Assembly: GCA_951406725.2 (NCBI GenBank)
Contig: OX597816.1
Location: 117,614,001 to 117,678,000 of the forward strand
Direction of reading: 5' to 3'
Source of the DNA: Octopus vulgaris
Lineage: Eukaryota
Length of the DNA stretch: 64,000 nt
Program-made: the position numbers and the translations under genes
Shown: in pieces, positions 1 to 11,960 of the stretch
Position numbering within the stretch: the stretch's first letter is position 1
Layout of the letters: every line of letters begins with the position of its first letter
Notes under the pieces: generated by a model
Seen by the model: only the letters and a program-made list of their open reading frames with translations
The model's database searches: none
What the model was told of the DNA's origin: nothing

Positions 1-1
1 G

Positions 2-1891
2 GAAACCGAAAGTAGTTTAGAATGTTCCGTCACTCAAACAACTGATACAACTGATGATAAAAAAGAAACCTCAGAAAACGAACAAAATATTTCGAAAACC
101 AAAACGAAAAAAGGACGCAAAAGAAAAAGAAAGAAAAAATCGAGTTTAGGAAACGAAAGTTCGGCAAATGCTTCTGCGAGTGAGAGCCAAAGTGTTAGCG
201 AAGTGACAGAAATAGAGGATAACTGTGATCTAGCTATCTCCAGATCCAGAGGCAGTGATCTCACAAAAGAGGATGAAGAGAACGGTAATGATATAAAATC
301 TGTTGCTAGCACCCCTGATAGTGACAGCCCCGTATTTCTGCACCAATCCTCTGTCATAGAAAATCCTAATTATTTAAAGGACGAAAGCTCAACATCAGAT
401 AAGTCAAACACTGTATCTAGTAGTGAAATTCAGAAAAAAGAACAAGCAGATCAGGACATCGATTCAAAACCACATCCTTTTGTAGACGTAAGTTGTTCAG
501 TTGGAGCATTGCATTCAGCCACTGATATTGTGAGTGATGAATCTACTCCCACGAATGAACGTCAGAATGAAATAAGAGCTTTCTATATTCCAAATAAAGA
601 ACAGAAAATTAAGTCAGATTCTTCACATGGAGAAGGAACCAAAGACGACAATAAACGTTTTAATGACCAAGTAGAAAACGTTCATACTGCCAACGAAAGG
701 ACAGAAAAGGAAGATCAAGAACTTGAAGATGGAAGTAAAAATATTAATCAACAGAATGTTCAGTGTGAAGATGAAAATGAAACACATCAATGTGAAGATG
801 AAAACGAAAACGTGTTCGATAAAGATGAAGATGCTACTGTTGCTATTCCACATTGTCGAAATGGGACCAAAAACATTGTTGAAGAAACTGTTAACCCAAG
901 ACTATCAACTGCCTCTGAAGAACTCAACGAAATTATGGAAAATTCAAATAAAATTGAAAAGAGAAGTGATCAAAATCGGCCACATAGTTACCCTAAAGAA
1001 GGTGAAGATCTGCGGGACAGAAATGAAAACCACCCAGCGAATTCTCAGGTAAGTTTAGAATCAAATAACTCCAGTAAAAAGAATTCCAAATCTGGTCATA
1101 AGTCTCTAACTGACATCGACCACAACTTACCGGAAACATTACCTGAACTTGCAGATCTAAAGAACTTTCTCGATTACATCAAACTAGGGGAAGATCAAAA
1201 ATTATCAGAATCACATTTTCCTTATAAGTGTGAAACTAATCGCTCATCTCCATCAGAAAACGCGAGTAGTCGGCGTCTTTCACGTATTTCGCCAGCAGTG
1301 ACCGATAGATCCGTGACCGAATCCGATATTGATATTTCAGAACAACGCGATGATATCAGTACAGACAGCAACATATTCGCCGATGATGAAGATGAATCAG
1401 CCTCTGAATTACTTTTCACTAAAACTTACACAGAACCAGACAAAGGGGGAGAAGTGCTGGTCAGTTGTACAGTTGTTAATACAGCTGCTGATGATGACAG
1501 TGATGACTTTTGGGCAGAGCATTCGGCGAGTGAAGAAGTTTACAGACAAATACAAAGTTCTACCAAGGTCGTAACTACAGTTTTTGACAATGCTCGCCTA
1601 CAAATGCAGGACATTCATACACATTTACAAAATCTCCGTTTACAAATGGAGAACCTTCAAGAATCATTGGACAATGCCTCTATTTTTAGCCATGAGTACT
1701 ACCCTGTCGACGATACTCCCGAGTCGTCCCAAGATTTCTATCCTTTAGACAAAGGATTCATTGTTTCACAAGAATATTTCCCGAAGCACATTGCATCGGT
1801 GACAACCGAAGAATATTCTCCTGTGGAGATAGGGCCCGTATTAACTGAAGAATATTATTCATCACATTTTGGTAAACCACCATTTTTGTAA
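2..1891 (+). CDS. 3' part (probably a large terminal exon) of an acidic, Ser/Glu/Asp/Asn-rich, likely disordered protein, truncated by the window start
   Basis: The frame is open from base 2 (ETESSLECS...) through the annotated 203..1891 ORF to TAA, about 630 codons without a stop in AT-rich DNA. It contains the basic cluster KKGRKRKRKKK, a heptad-like segment FDNARLQMQDIHTHLQNLRLQMENLQESL and C-terminal 13-aa repeats. No family recognised. Confidence 0.75.
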   Translation, partial: ETESSLECSVTQTTDTTDDKKETSENEQNISKTKTKKGRKRKRKKKSSLGNESSANASASESQSVSEVTEIEDNCDLAISRSRGSDLTKEDEENGNDIKSVASTPDSDSPVFLHQSSVIENPNYLKDESSTSDKSNTVSSSEIQKKEQADQDIDSKPHPFVDVSCSVGALHSATDIVSDESTPTNERQNEIRAFYIPNKEQKIKSDSSHGEGTKDDNKRFNDQVENVHTANERTEKEDQELEDGSKNINQQNVQCEDENETHQCEDENENVFDKDEDATVAIPHCRNGTKNIVEETVNPRLSTASEELNEIMENSNKIEKRSDQNRPHSYPKEGEDLRDRNENHPANSQVSLESNNSSKKNSKSGHKSLTDIDHNLPETLPELADLKNFLDYIKLGEDQKLSESHFPYKCETNRSSPSENASSRRLSRISPAVTDRSVTESDIDISEQRDDISTDSNIFADDEDESASELLFTKTYTEPDKGGEVLVSCTVVNTAADDDSDDFWAEHSASEEVYRQIQSSTKVVTTVFDNARLQMQDIHTHLQNLRLQMENLQESLDNASIFSHEYYPVDDTPESSQDFYPLDKGFIVSQEYFPKHIASVTTEEYSPVEIGPVLTEEYYSSHFGKPPFL

Positions 1892-3739
1892 TATATATGT
1901 ATGTACACACATATATGTAATATATATGTATGTATGTATACACATACATGCAAACATGCACACACGCATCGTTTTGAAAGAGGTATCGAAGCTTTCATGC
2001 ACATAATAAGCGGTATCAAAATAAAGATGACACAAAAACAGTCTCAAGTGATGTAGACAATACTGAAATGATCATTGCCATGTTTTGTTAAACTATATAT
2101 CTTAGACTAGGCAGTTTAGGTTTTGTTGTTCGTTCTTTATACTTGATTGATCACTGTTCTACTCTCTCTAGAACCTGAAAACACCTGAACTTGAACTTTA
2201 AATGGTAAGTTCACGTCAAATAGTTTTTATGCGACTCAAGAGTAAAACAAAATAATTATACAAATTACAGCCACGAAGATAATGATGATAATAATGATGA
2301 GGATGATGATAGTAATAGTAATGCATGAGATAAAAATGATAGTATTATTTAAGACCCAGACTACTAAAAAGGAACACTAAAATAATAGGCAGAAAAATAC
2401 AAAAAGTGGGTTTGTTACATTCGTTTTGCTAAAACTATACAACGATTATAATGATAAGGAAGGTTATTATGAAGAAAATGGTGGTAATTGTTAGAGAAAT
2501 GATAATAATGAAGACAATAATCATTACATTTTTAGTAATCAAGAACTATTTAAAATCGACTCAAAACTAATTACTTATTCGAAAATTTAGTACGTTAGAT
2601 TAAGAAGACAAAAACACCTACACTATTGATAACGCGATACACTCAAGACGAAATTCAGGGGAGATTTGTATGATTATAGTAAGTAATTTAGAATATAGAA
2701 ATTTAATATCCGTTTAAGTAGTAAGGCGGTAGGGTAGGGCAAAGTGAATTAGCATAGCCTTCATTTACGCTATGAAAAGTCAAGGGAAGTAATTATTACT
2801 GACAGATTAAAAACAAAATGGTGCAACTGGGGAAAAACAATTTTGTTACATTTTCCAATAATGTGAATACAAATCACTCAGTAATGGAAACTATAAGCAA
2901 CTATGATATTAACTAACAAGCAATGGATTACATTTTTATCCTAATTTATTTGTATTTAGTTTTGTTTAGAATGCTTTTGGTTTTCTGAGAATTAGTTACA
3001 TTTGTAGATTTCTGAGTACCACATTGACGATAGCATCTTGCTAAATACAACTTAGAATTTGGTTTTTGTAGTTCTTCTTTAATCCCCAGGTCACCCCTGA
3101 TCGCGTGGAACCATGATCAAATTTATTCTAGTCATGACTATCCTGTATTTTATTCCAAACAAATTATACATACGATTACATTATTCAACGCAATCCTCTC
3201 TCTTTTTAAGAGATAAGACGTAATATGAAGCATATTTGACTGTTATTTTAAGCAAATCGAGCAATCATGTCAAGCTTTTCTTGCTGGCTCAGTGCATCCC
3301 TTGTTTTTTTTTAAGCATCTGGGTATTGTTGCTTAGCTCCAGGTCGGCTCTGAGTGAGAAAACATATGACCAAAGGCATTGCATCTGTGACAGCTCATTT
3401 TGCCTTTCGCGACTTCTTTTTTCAGTGTGTTATGCATTATTTAAAACAAGATAGTAGTTTGAAATAGATTTGGCTGCTATTTCTACAAGACTCCCTCATT
3501 TACTCCATAGAGAATTTCCCGTTATATATATTTCCCCCTTATATATACATATATATATACAGTGATTATATAATACATATTATCACATGTATATGTATAT
3601 ACAGGCATATGCATAGTGTGTCTGTGTGCGTGTGTGTATATGTGCGTATGTATGAGTGAGAGAGTGTGAGAAAGAGAGAGTGAAAGAGAGAGAGAAATAA
3701 AGCTAGCTAGCTAAATAGATAGATTGATAGATAGATAAA

Positions 3740-3740
3740 T

Positions 3741-3830
<90 letters not shown>
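3740..3830. repeat. (AG)n microsatellite
   Basis: Direct reading. Confidence 0.95.
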
Positions 3831-3833
<3 letters not shown>

Positions 3834-5258
3834 CGCTTTTCTTAATATGCATATCTATGTTACCATTTAGCATTTAGTAGCAAACATTTTTGTTCCTGAA
3901 TGTTTTTCGCATAAGATATTAAAACCAAGGCGAGTACAGTATAAATCAGAATAGTACGAGTCTTATCAAACCGTTGAATATACCCACACAATCATTCCTT
4001 TTTCACAAAGATGGCTGAGACGAGAAACCAGAGAGCTTCAACGTCATTACTAGACATGTTAGAAGTATGAGCCAAATCGTCCTCATATCATACCCTATCG
4101 GTTTATGACAAGTCATGTTAGATAATTTGATTTTAATACACTGTGTATTGAAAAAAAGACAGGACGTTCACAGCTGGAAGTTCTTTGATAGTATGCCTGT
4201 TCACTTAGGGCTGGGTTGGAGTGAAACAATTTCAATGTAAGCTTAACTCTTCTTATAATCACCAGCCTAGAAAGACGATCGAACAAGATGGCTTTTACGT
4301 TGCCGTTCGATCTGAAAGGAATAGTTGCTAAGTCACTCCTCCACCAACCACATCCTACTGTCTTATTATAGTGAATAAGAATACATTAAATAATATACGT
4401 CTTCTACATTGTGCCTCGAAAGGATACAATGGCTGATTAAAAAAGAGAGAAGGAATAATCTGGTTAGAATATCTTTGATCATAGGTTTCTTCCAATCGTA
4501 GTTTATCTGAGTGTAAACAACAAAAACAGCAACAGCAGCAGAAACAACAACAACAACAACAACAATAACAACAACGGTGATAGTAATAACAGTTTGTAAA
4601 GCAAATAACATTTTAGGGATTAAATCTTCTTGCAAGTTTTCCGAATATAAACTTAAAAACAAAACTAACTAATAAGCTACTATCAAAATGCCACCTTCTA
4701 TGAAATCTTGTTCAGAAATTTGAGATAACTTTTTATTTTTTTTTAAAAAAGAAGATATTCATTGTTTCATATTTTTCACGTGATTGATATATTATAAAGG
4801 AAATATTTGTTTTTTACTCAGAGTTTCTCATAACCTCATAGCAATATAATTTAGTGCGTGGCCAGCAACGTAAAATGAAGTATCCACAGAGACGAACCTG
4901 TCATTCTGATTATATGAGTAGGACGTGAATATTAGTTTCCTAATATAATGATTGCTAGGTTTCCTAAATTATAATGAATTTGTTTAGCCAAAGGAAACTA
5001 ATACAAACGTACAGTCAACTGAAATATTGTCAGATGACTTCAATGCTTGATGAAAGCGTTTCAATGCAGTAGACTGACAATGCATAATTAAAAAAAAATA
5101 TGAGGTCCCCGTGCTCATTTAAAACTGCATTTTCATCGCAAACACAAGTATTTATTAATGTCTGAGATAAGCTGCAACTAGTAATATTATTACGTTCTCG
5201 GACTCTTAACCTCATCTGTATATGGGAAAGGTTCTTGAATATTTACACCAACGTTAAT

Positions 5259-5470
5259 GCGGCGAGCTATCAGAATCGTTGGCACGTCAGGTAAAATGCT
5301 TAGTGACATTTCGTCCGTCTTTACGTTCTGAGTTCAACTGCCGCCGAGGTCGACTTTGCCTTTCATCCTTTCGAGGTTGATAGAATAGGTACCAATTGAG
5401 CACTGGAGTCGATGTAATCGACTTATCCCACCCCGAAATTACTAGCCTTGTGCTAAAATCTGAAACCAAT
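5259..5470 (+). mobile_element. SINE family A (tRNA-like head, Deu/Nin-domain-like core)
   Basis: gcggcgagct..cagaatcgtt head; core gcctttcatcctttcgaggttgatagaataggtaccaattg; many copies in the window. Confidence 0.8.
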
Positions 5471-5487
5471 ATTTATATCTACATTAA

Positions 5488-5703
5488 GGCGGTGAGCTGG
5501 CAGAATCATTAGCACGTCGAGCGAAATCCTTATCGATATTTTGTCCGTTTTTGCGTTCTGAATTCAAATTTCTACGAGGTTCACTTTGCCTTTCGCCCTT
5601 TTGGGGTCGGTAAAATAGGTGCCAGTTGAACACTGGGGTCGATATAATCGACTTAGCCTCTCCCCCGAACTTGTTGAGCCTTGTACCAAACTCGGAAACC
5701 AAT
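5488..5703 (+). mobile_element. SINE family A, tandem second copy
   Basis: ggcggtgagctggcagaatc...gaaaccaat, colinear with 5259-5470. Confidence 0.8.
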
Positions 5704-5706
5704 ATT

Positions 5707-6131
5707 GGATCTTTGTGGTATTCATCACCGTTTACAATTATCATTAAAAAAATATAATGTATCATATAGATGTAATTTTTGACGCTGAATCCGAATTTGT
5801 TATTCATTTGTTTCAGAAAAATATTATACAAACATGTTACAGGTGTTCAAAGTTTGAAAATTTTCAGAATTTTCAACCAATCATAAAACAGCGTGTTCGC
5901 TGCCCCTTCCATCATCTGGAATGAGGTGGGGTGGGGGCATCGGCATGTTAAAACATTAAAATATACACGAATGAAGTTAACATTAAAATATTCGCGAGCA
6001 AATGAAATAATTAAAAAAGCTACGAACAAACAAACAAACCAACAGGAGTTGCTAGAAAAACAGTCAAAACAATGTTTAAAACAGTCATTTATTAGTAAAA
6101 AATTCAAGAACGAAAGTTTGCAATACACACC

Positions 6132-6181
<50 letters not shown>

Positions 6182-6590
6182 TTCACATACCTCCACACAC
6201 AGAGTTGAAACGCTCCCACTACCAGTTTGCCACCACCCCTTCCTTCCTTATTCATCTATCACCCCTTCCTTTCTCATTCATATACTGTGACGAAGAAAAA
6301 CACAAGAGTATTATTATCGCAGAAGATTATCATTCTCCTTGTGCGCAGACGCAACAGCTTTGGTTACTATGGAAACAGAGTTTTTCGCCACGGTGATGTG
6401 TAAACTATGCGCCTCTGATTGGTTTAAATACCCAAATTTTGAAAATTTTAAAGGCTAATAGCCTTTTAATTATGGATTTATAGGAAAAATGAATTTCATT
6501 TTCTTAATTATACCAAACTTAATCTATGTACCAAATTTGAAAAAACTTGGAACAAAATTGTAAACAGTGACGAAAACCACAAAGAACCCC
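5707..6590. mobile_element. Non-autonomous DNA transposon with ~35-bp terminal inverted repeats
   Basis: Left end ggatctttgtggtattcatcaccgtttacaatt matches the reverse complement of the right end (ggggttctttgtggttttcgtcactgtttacaatt); both ends are flanked by aatatt. Confidence 0.7.
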
Positions 6591-7070
6591 AATATTAACA
6601 CCTACATTATGTTGTACACATAGTAATGGTTTGAACTGAAACTAATAATGTTTATATCTAATCTAAGAGTTACAGTATTTTTAATTACATTATCATTGAT
6701 ACATTAAAACTATTTATTTCTCGGAGTGTTTGCTACCCCAGAAAGCAAACGTTTGGCCAGTCGAAACCATAAGGGCATTTAGATTCTCAGCTAAAACCAG
6801 TTCCTTCAATTTACGCTGCAAATAATCTTGAGCTACACAAGAAATTCCCCCAGTCTCATCTTTCTATAATTTTGTAGTCTTTTGTGCATTAGTAAGACAT
6901 AAGAAATTGATATTTATTTCTCTAATATACACAACACGTACCAGCATTTTATTTATACCTTGGTTTTACAATATTTATTGACAGAAACGTGTGTGTGTAT
7001 GTATATAAGAATATAAATTTGTAAATATGCATACAAATAAACATGTATATATAACTCAATTTATATTATA

Positions 7071-7132
<62 letters not shown>

Positions 7133-7903
7133 ATGAGGAGTGTGTTGGCTTTTATTGTCAAATATGCATTTAGTGTCATGTTTACATGTGTAAGTGTAAG
7201 AGGAAATAAATTTGGAGTGATTATGTCCTGTTTTTCGTATTGATGCCTTATAATCTTGAAGTGGATTTAAACAGAAATAAAATACTAGTGTGTTGTGTTT
7301 AAACTATAAAACTTGTTTTAAGATAAAACGCAAAAATAAAAAAGTAAATCAGAACTAAAACCAAAAGAATGGCAGAAAGAGCAAGAGAACATAAAGAAAA
7401 CGGAAAGCGAAAAATTTGTTCAGTCAAAGGAAAATGAAAAATAACACAAAAACAAAAAATGAAAAAAAAATACAGAATGGGGCAGTAAAATCTAAGGGAA
7501 ACAACTCGAGGCTCTAAATGGACTAATAACTAGCTAAGACATCAAATGGAAGATATAGCAACAGTAACAACAACAGCAACAACACTAATAGCGGCAATAG
7601 CAAAAGCAACGACTATAATAACATACGTCAAATGGTAGAATTAAGGATATTTTTGCATGATTTTTTTGTGAGCCCTTATCACGGCTGTATTGATCAAGAA
7701 GATCGATAATCAAAGGCACTCAAGCCGTAATCATCTTATCATGAATCGGTTGGAGAAGAATAAATGTAAACTGAGGTAAGAAAAAGAGGGAAGGAAAGAA
7801 AAAAAAGAAAGGGAGAGAGAGAGTGTCTATACATACATACGTACATACATACATACATACGTACGTACATACATACATACATACATACATATACATATAT
7901 ACA

Positions 7904-8137
7904 TTTATTCTTTTACTCGCTTCAGTCATTTGACTGCGGCCATGCTGGACACCGCCTTTAGTCGAGCAAATCGACCCCAGAGCTTATTCTTTGTAAGCCT
8001 AGTACTTATTCTATCGATCTCTTTTGCCGAACCGCTACGTTACGGGGACGTAAACACACCCGCATCGGTTGTCAAGCGATATTGGGGGGACAAACACAGA
8101 CACACAAACATATACACACACATACATACACACACAC

Positions 8138-8189
<52 letters not shown>

Positions 8190-8350
8190 CGGGCTTCTTC
8201 CAGTTTCCGTCTACCAAATCCACTCACAAGGCTTTGGTTGACCCGAGACTACAGTAGAAGTCACTTGCCCAAGGTGCCACGAAGTGGGACTGAAACCAGG
8301 ACCATGTGGTTGGTAAGCAAGCTACTTACCATACATATACTCCTGCGCCT
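7904..8350 (-). mobile_element. SINE family B (tRNA-headed, internal TA/TG microsatellite)
   Basis: The reverse strand reads ggcgcaggagt..tggtaagtagcttgcttaccaaccacatgg...gtagacggaaactg..gcccgtc(microsatellite)...gtccagcatggccgcagtcaaatgactgaa; several copies in the window. Confidence 0.85.
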
Positions 8351-8358
8351 GTATATAC

Positions 8359-8444
<86 letters not shown>

Positions 8445-8461
8445 TGGTTCTATTAAGGAGA

Positions 8462-9172
8462 GTAGTGAGTTTCAGCACTCTACTGTATGGAAGCGAGACC
8501 TGGACGCTATACACACGCTAAGAGCGTCGCCTAAACATCTTTCACCTGCGCTGCCTCCGAAAAATCCTCCGCATCAAATGGCAGAATCATATCCCCAAAG
8601 ATGTCCTCAGGCAAGCAGGAATACCAAGCATGTTTGCACTCCTCACACAAAGACGTATGAGATGTCTTGGGTATGTTAGCCGTATGAAAGATGGCAGAAT
8701 CCCCAAGGACATACTCTACGGAGAGCTTGCTAGGGGTACTAGGTCTGTGGGTAGACCGATCTTACGTTACAGGGATGTTTGCAAAAGGGATATGAAGGCC
8801 TGCAACATCAATATTAGCGGTTGGGAGGCAGTTGCCGGCAACCGTGGAGAATGGCGACGTACAGTAAAAGAGGGAATACAAAAGAGTGACAGAGAGAGAG
8901 AGAGAGGAGAAATGGAAAGAAAGGAAGAGACGTAAACAAGAGACTATGGCACTACAACCAGCCAGGAACAGTCTTCGCTACATTTGCGGTACCTGCCAGA
9001 GGGAGTGTTTGTCCAGGATAGGACTACACAGCCACAGCAGGAAATGTATCAGGACATGAAATATAAAAGCCGGACTAGACTACAGAAAAAAAAAAACTAC
9101 AAAAAACAAAAAACAAAAAAAAAAACAAAAAAAACATGCGCAACTCCATTGTCTCCCGAGACAGAAAGGATG

Positions 9173-9176
<4 letters not shown>
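8462..9176 (+). mobile_element. 5'-truncated RTE-clade (BovB-like) LINE, 3' end with RT C-terminus and zinc finger, disrupted
   Basis: Frames read STLLYGSETWTLY, LRCLRKILRIKWQ, GYVSRMKDGRIPKDILYGEL..G.RSVGRP.LRYRDVCKRDMK and CGTCQRECLSRIGLHSHSRKC, with a stop and frameshifts; flanked by (TA)n on both sides. Confidence 0.9.
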
Positions 9177-9207
<31 letters not shown>

Positions 9208-9355
9208 ATAAAACGGTAAGATAACAAAAGAAAGAAAGAGACCTCAATATTATGTAAATAGAGGAAATATATATATAATGTAACCGAAATGTACTGCATG
9301 TATTTAGTACTTTCTCCCATTTATACATTCAAATATGCGTTTATATATGTGCATG

Positions 9356-9398
<43 letters not shown>

Positions 9399-9413
9399 TG
9401 TTGTGTGTGTGTT

Positions 9414-9445
<32 letters not shown>

Positions 9446-9454
9446 TATACTCAT

Positions 9455-10097
9455 ATATGATGACTGTCCATTTGTGACCGAGGAAGACCATTACTGATGA
9501 TTGTCCATGCAAGTTGCTAGCAATGCTCGTGCATTAGGTTATTAAACCAGGAGTCAGTTCACGCGGGTTCGCGCTCGTGGATTCCATGCTAGCCGTAGCA
9601 CCCTCCTACTTGACCGGGCATCAGATGCTCGCTTCGCCGGCCGGCTATAGCACAGACTAAAATTTTAGGCCCAAATAGGTTTGCACAACACCTCACAGAC
9701 CCTCTCCACCCTAAGGTCATGATCCAGAAACAAGCCAGGGGAGGATATCCAGTGCCAACATGGGTCACAGGCTCGGTATGTGGGGTTCCATGTTCTTAAT
9801 CGCATGCAAAGGATAAAAGATACTTAAATTGTTCAATACTATTCCTTTCATATCTAATTTTATATCAGAGAGATATTCTGCTAAAAACAAGCTGGTCACT
9901 AAGTCAGAATTTCTGAAGGCCCGGGCTCTGCTTGATAGTCGTTGAACTTGCACCAGTTTCATCCGTTCCTTTGACAGGTCTTGTTTTCAGTCCTGCCAGG
10001 TTTCTGAAAATCCTCCTCACCAGGTAAGCCTAGTGGGGGTACCGGATTAGTCGTGGACCTGACCATGTTACCAGTAGCACTTATGAGAAACCTGGCA
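9455..10097 (-). mobile_element. Probable non-autonomous RTE-related element (5'UTR-like segment joined to an RTE-like 3' tail)
   Basis: GC-richer island without an ORF; the minus strand ends ...tggtcttcctcggtcacaaatggacagtcatcat, similar in style to RTE tails; 12-bp inverted repeat at 9994-10005/10086-10097. Confidence 0.4.
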
Positions 10098-10330
10098 TTT
10101 ATATACACACAATATATATTTATCTATAAATATATATATTCACATATATTTATAGATAGATCCATTTCAGTCAATTTTACCAGTTTCGTACAAAAGTACT
10201 GGAAACCGATCAAGGCACACATGAGAAGAACAAGGAGGAAGAGTATGGCGACGAATCCGTTGTATAAATATTAATATACTCACTGTATTGACAAAGGGCT
10301 TCTTTTTTTGGCTCACGAATTCCTAGTTTC

Positions 10331-10361
<31 letters not shown>

Positions 10362-10364
10362 AGA

Positions 10365-10945
10365 TGTGTCTAGTATCCCTTGAAGAAATTTGTCCAGGTT
10401 TCTTTTGAAGGTGATGGGTTCTTTTTCCTCTTTGATTTGTTTTGGGATAATGTAAGAATTGTTGAGGGAAAGAAATTATGAAGCCTAAATATAACATATG
10501 GTTCCAGCCTTGGATGAATTCTGAATTTGATGTTAAGATCGTTTGGGCAATACCAGTGCTATATTATCCACATTGTGCAAATGATGTAGCCCACACGGTA
10601 GCGTCGGAGAGAATAAATTTTCGATGTTTTAAGGCAGTTCCAATAATTAAGATCAATCGTGCTTTCATCTTTTTCTGGAGTGACTTAATTCTTGTAATGT
10701 TTTGTTTGGTGTAAGGAGACCAGAAGGGGCAGAATTATTCTAAGTGTGGCCATACAGAGGATGAGAAAAGGAGAGTGATGGCATGTTGCTCTGTGGACCA
10801 GAAAGTTCTGAGGATACATGAACTCATCCTGCGAACCGTATTGACTTTATTGTTGGTATGAGCACTCCTGCTGAAATTGTCAACAATTACTCCTAAGCCC
10901 CTGATATTACTGAGAACATTGTATACATGCTCACTAGCACCACGA
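10365..10945 (-). mobile_element. CR1-clade LINE relic (RT C-terminal region)
   Basis: Minus frames read IRGLGVIVDN..SAH, ILRTF, SSVWPHLE*FCPFWSPY, LNYWNCLKTSKIYSLRR and TFKRNLDKFL, typical CR1/L2 post-RT motifs. Confidence 0.8.
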
Positions 10946-11079
10946 AATTCCCAAGAAAAAAAAACTCTCATTAGGAGAATAAAAGGATTTAATTATAAAA
11001 TCAACCAATTAAAATATATACTCACTCCGGCGCCATTTTCAAGGCAGGAAAATGGTGCCGGTGCGATACATTCATATAT

Positions 11080-11113
<34 letters not shown>

Positions 11114-11114
11114 G

Positions 11115-11177
<63 letters not shown>

Positions 11178-11386
11178 CCCACCCATGCATATATATGTAC
11201 ATATATGCCAAAAAGATATTAACAAAATAGCAAGAATATTATAAAAATGTATAACGACAAAATTTTAACTACAGAAAAAATATAAATTTTGTATATCTTT
11301 TAAAGACTAAAGGGACGATTGAAACACGCTGTATGTATGCATCTTCGTATATAGAATCTGTATGGATATGTATTATATGTGTGTAC

Positions 11387-11417
<31 letters not shown>

Positions 11418-11421
<4 letters not shown>

Positions 11422-11960
11422 CATATCGAAGGGAAATGGAAATTAATAGAAATTTTCACTCCCAGTGGCCTCGTGCGTAAAAATTTTGTCCAAAGACTAT
11501 GTATTTACTCATAAAACACAGTGTACATTTAAACACATAAAAGGAATCCACTCATGGGATTCATCACACTAGAAAGAACAGCTAAGTTCCAAAATCACAA
11601 AATTAGGGATAAAATCCTGAAAGGAACGAAATGAAAAATAAAAACTTTTACCATCTAGTTTCCTGGACCAATTGGTTTCTGATTTTAGTTTAGCAAATAC
11701 GATAATTTGCTAGGTGAAATCGTCATCAACAGGTATACCTCAGATCAAATATATAAACACGAGGCAATCAATTATATGCCTCTTGTTTATGCATACTAAT
11801 GTTTTTCATATCTACTGCGCAGGTGAAGCTCCTCGTCGGCAATAAAAAAAATGCCAACTTTTAAAATTCGAAAATTATTTAAAAACTTACAATACTTAAT
11901 CATATCGAAGGGAAATGGAAATTAATAGAAATTTTCACTTCCAGTAGCCTAGTGTGTAAA
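11418..11960 (-). mobile_element. Hammerhead-containing non-coding unit (PLE pLTR or retrozyme-like) with 64-bp direct repeats
   Basis: taatcatatcgaagggaaatggaaattaatagaaattttcact.ccagt.gcct.gtg.gtaaa occurs at 11418-11481 and 11897-11960 (period 479); the unit abuts (TA)n and contains an HHR. Confidence 0.7.
11662..11733 (-). ncRNA. Type I hammerhead ribozyme (extended helix II, slightly degenerate)
   Basis: Minus strand: CCUG-UUGAUGA-cGAUUUcacc-UAGCAAAU(uaucgu)AUUUGCUA-aacuaAAAUCa-GAAA-CCAAUUGG-UC/CAGG. Helix I is CCUG/CAGG, helix III is the palindrome ACCAAUUGGU, and the cleavage triplet is GUC. Confidence 0.7.

Noticed and set aside
34-1574. Overlapping or antisense ORFs (34-357, 623-853, 723-1052, 1222-1419, 1329-1574)
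   Set aside because: Shadow frames of the long acidic ORF.
9990-10100. HDV-like ribozyme on the minus strand (gactaat motif)
   Set aside because: P1, P3 and P1.1 could not be placed in the required nested order; only simple hairpins fit.
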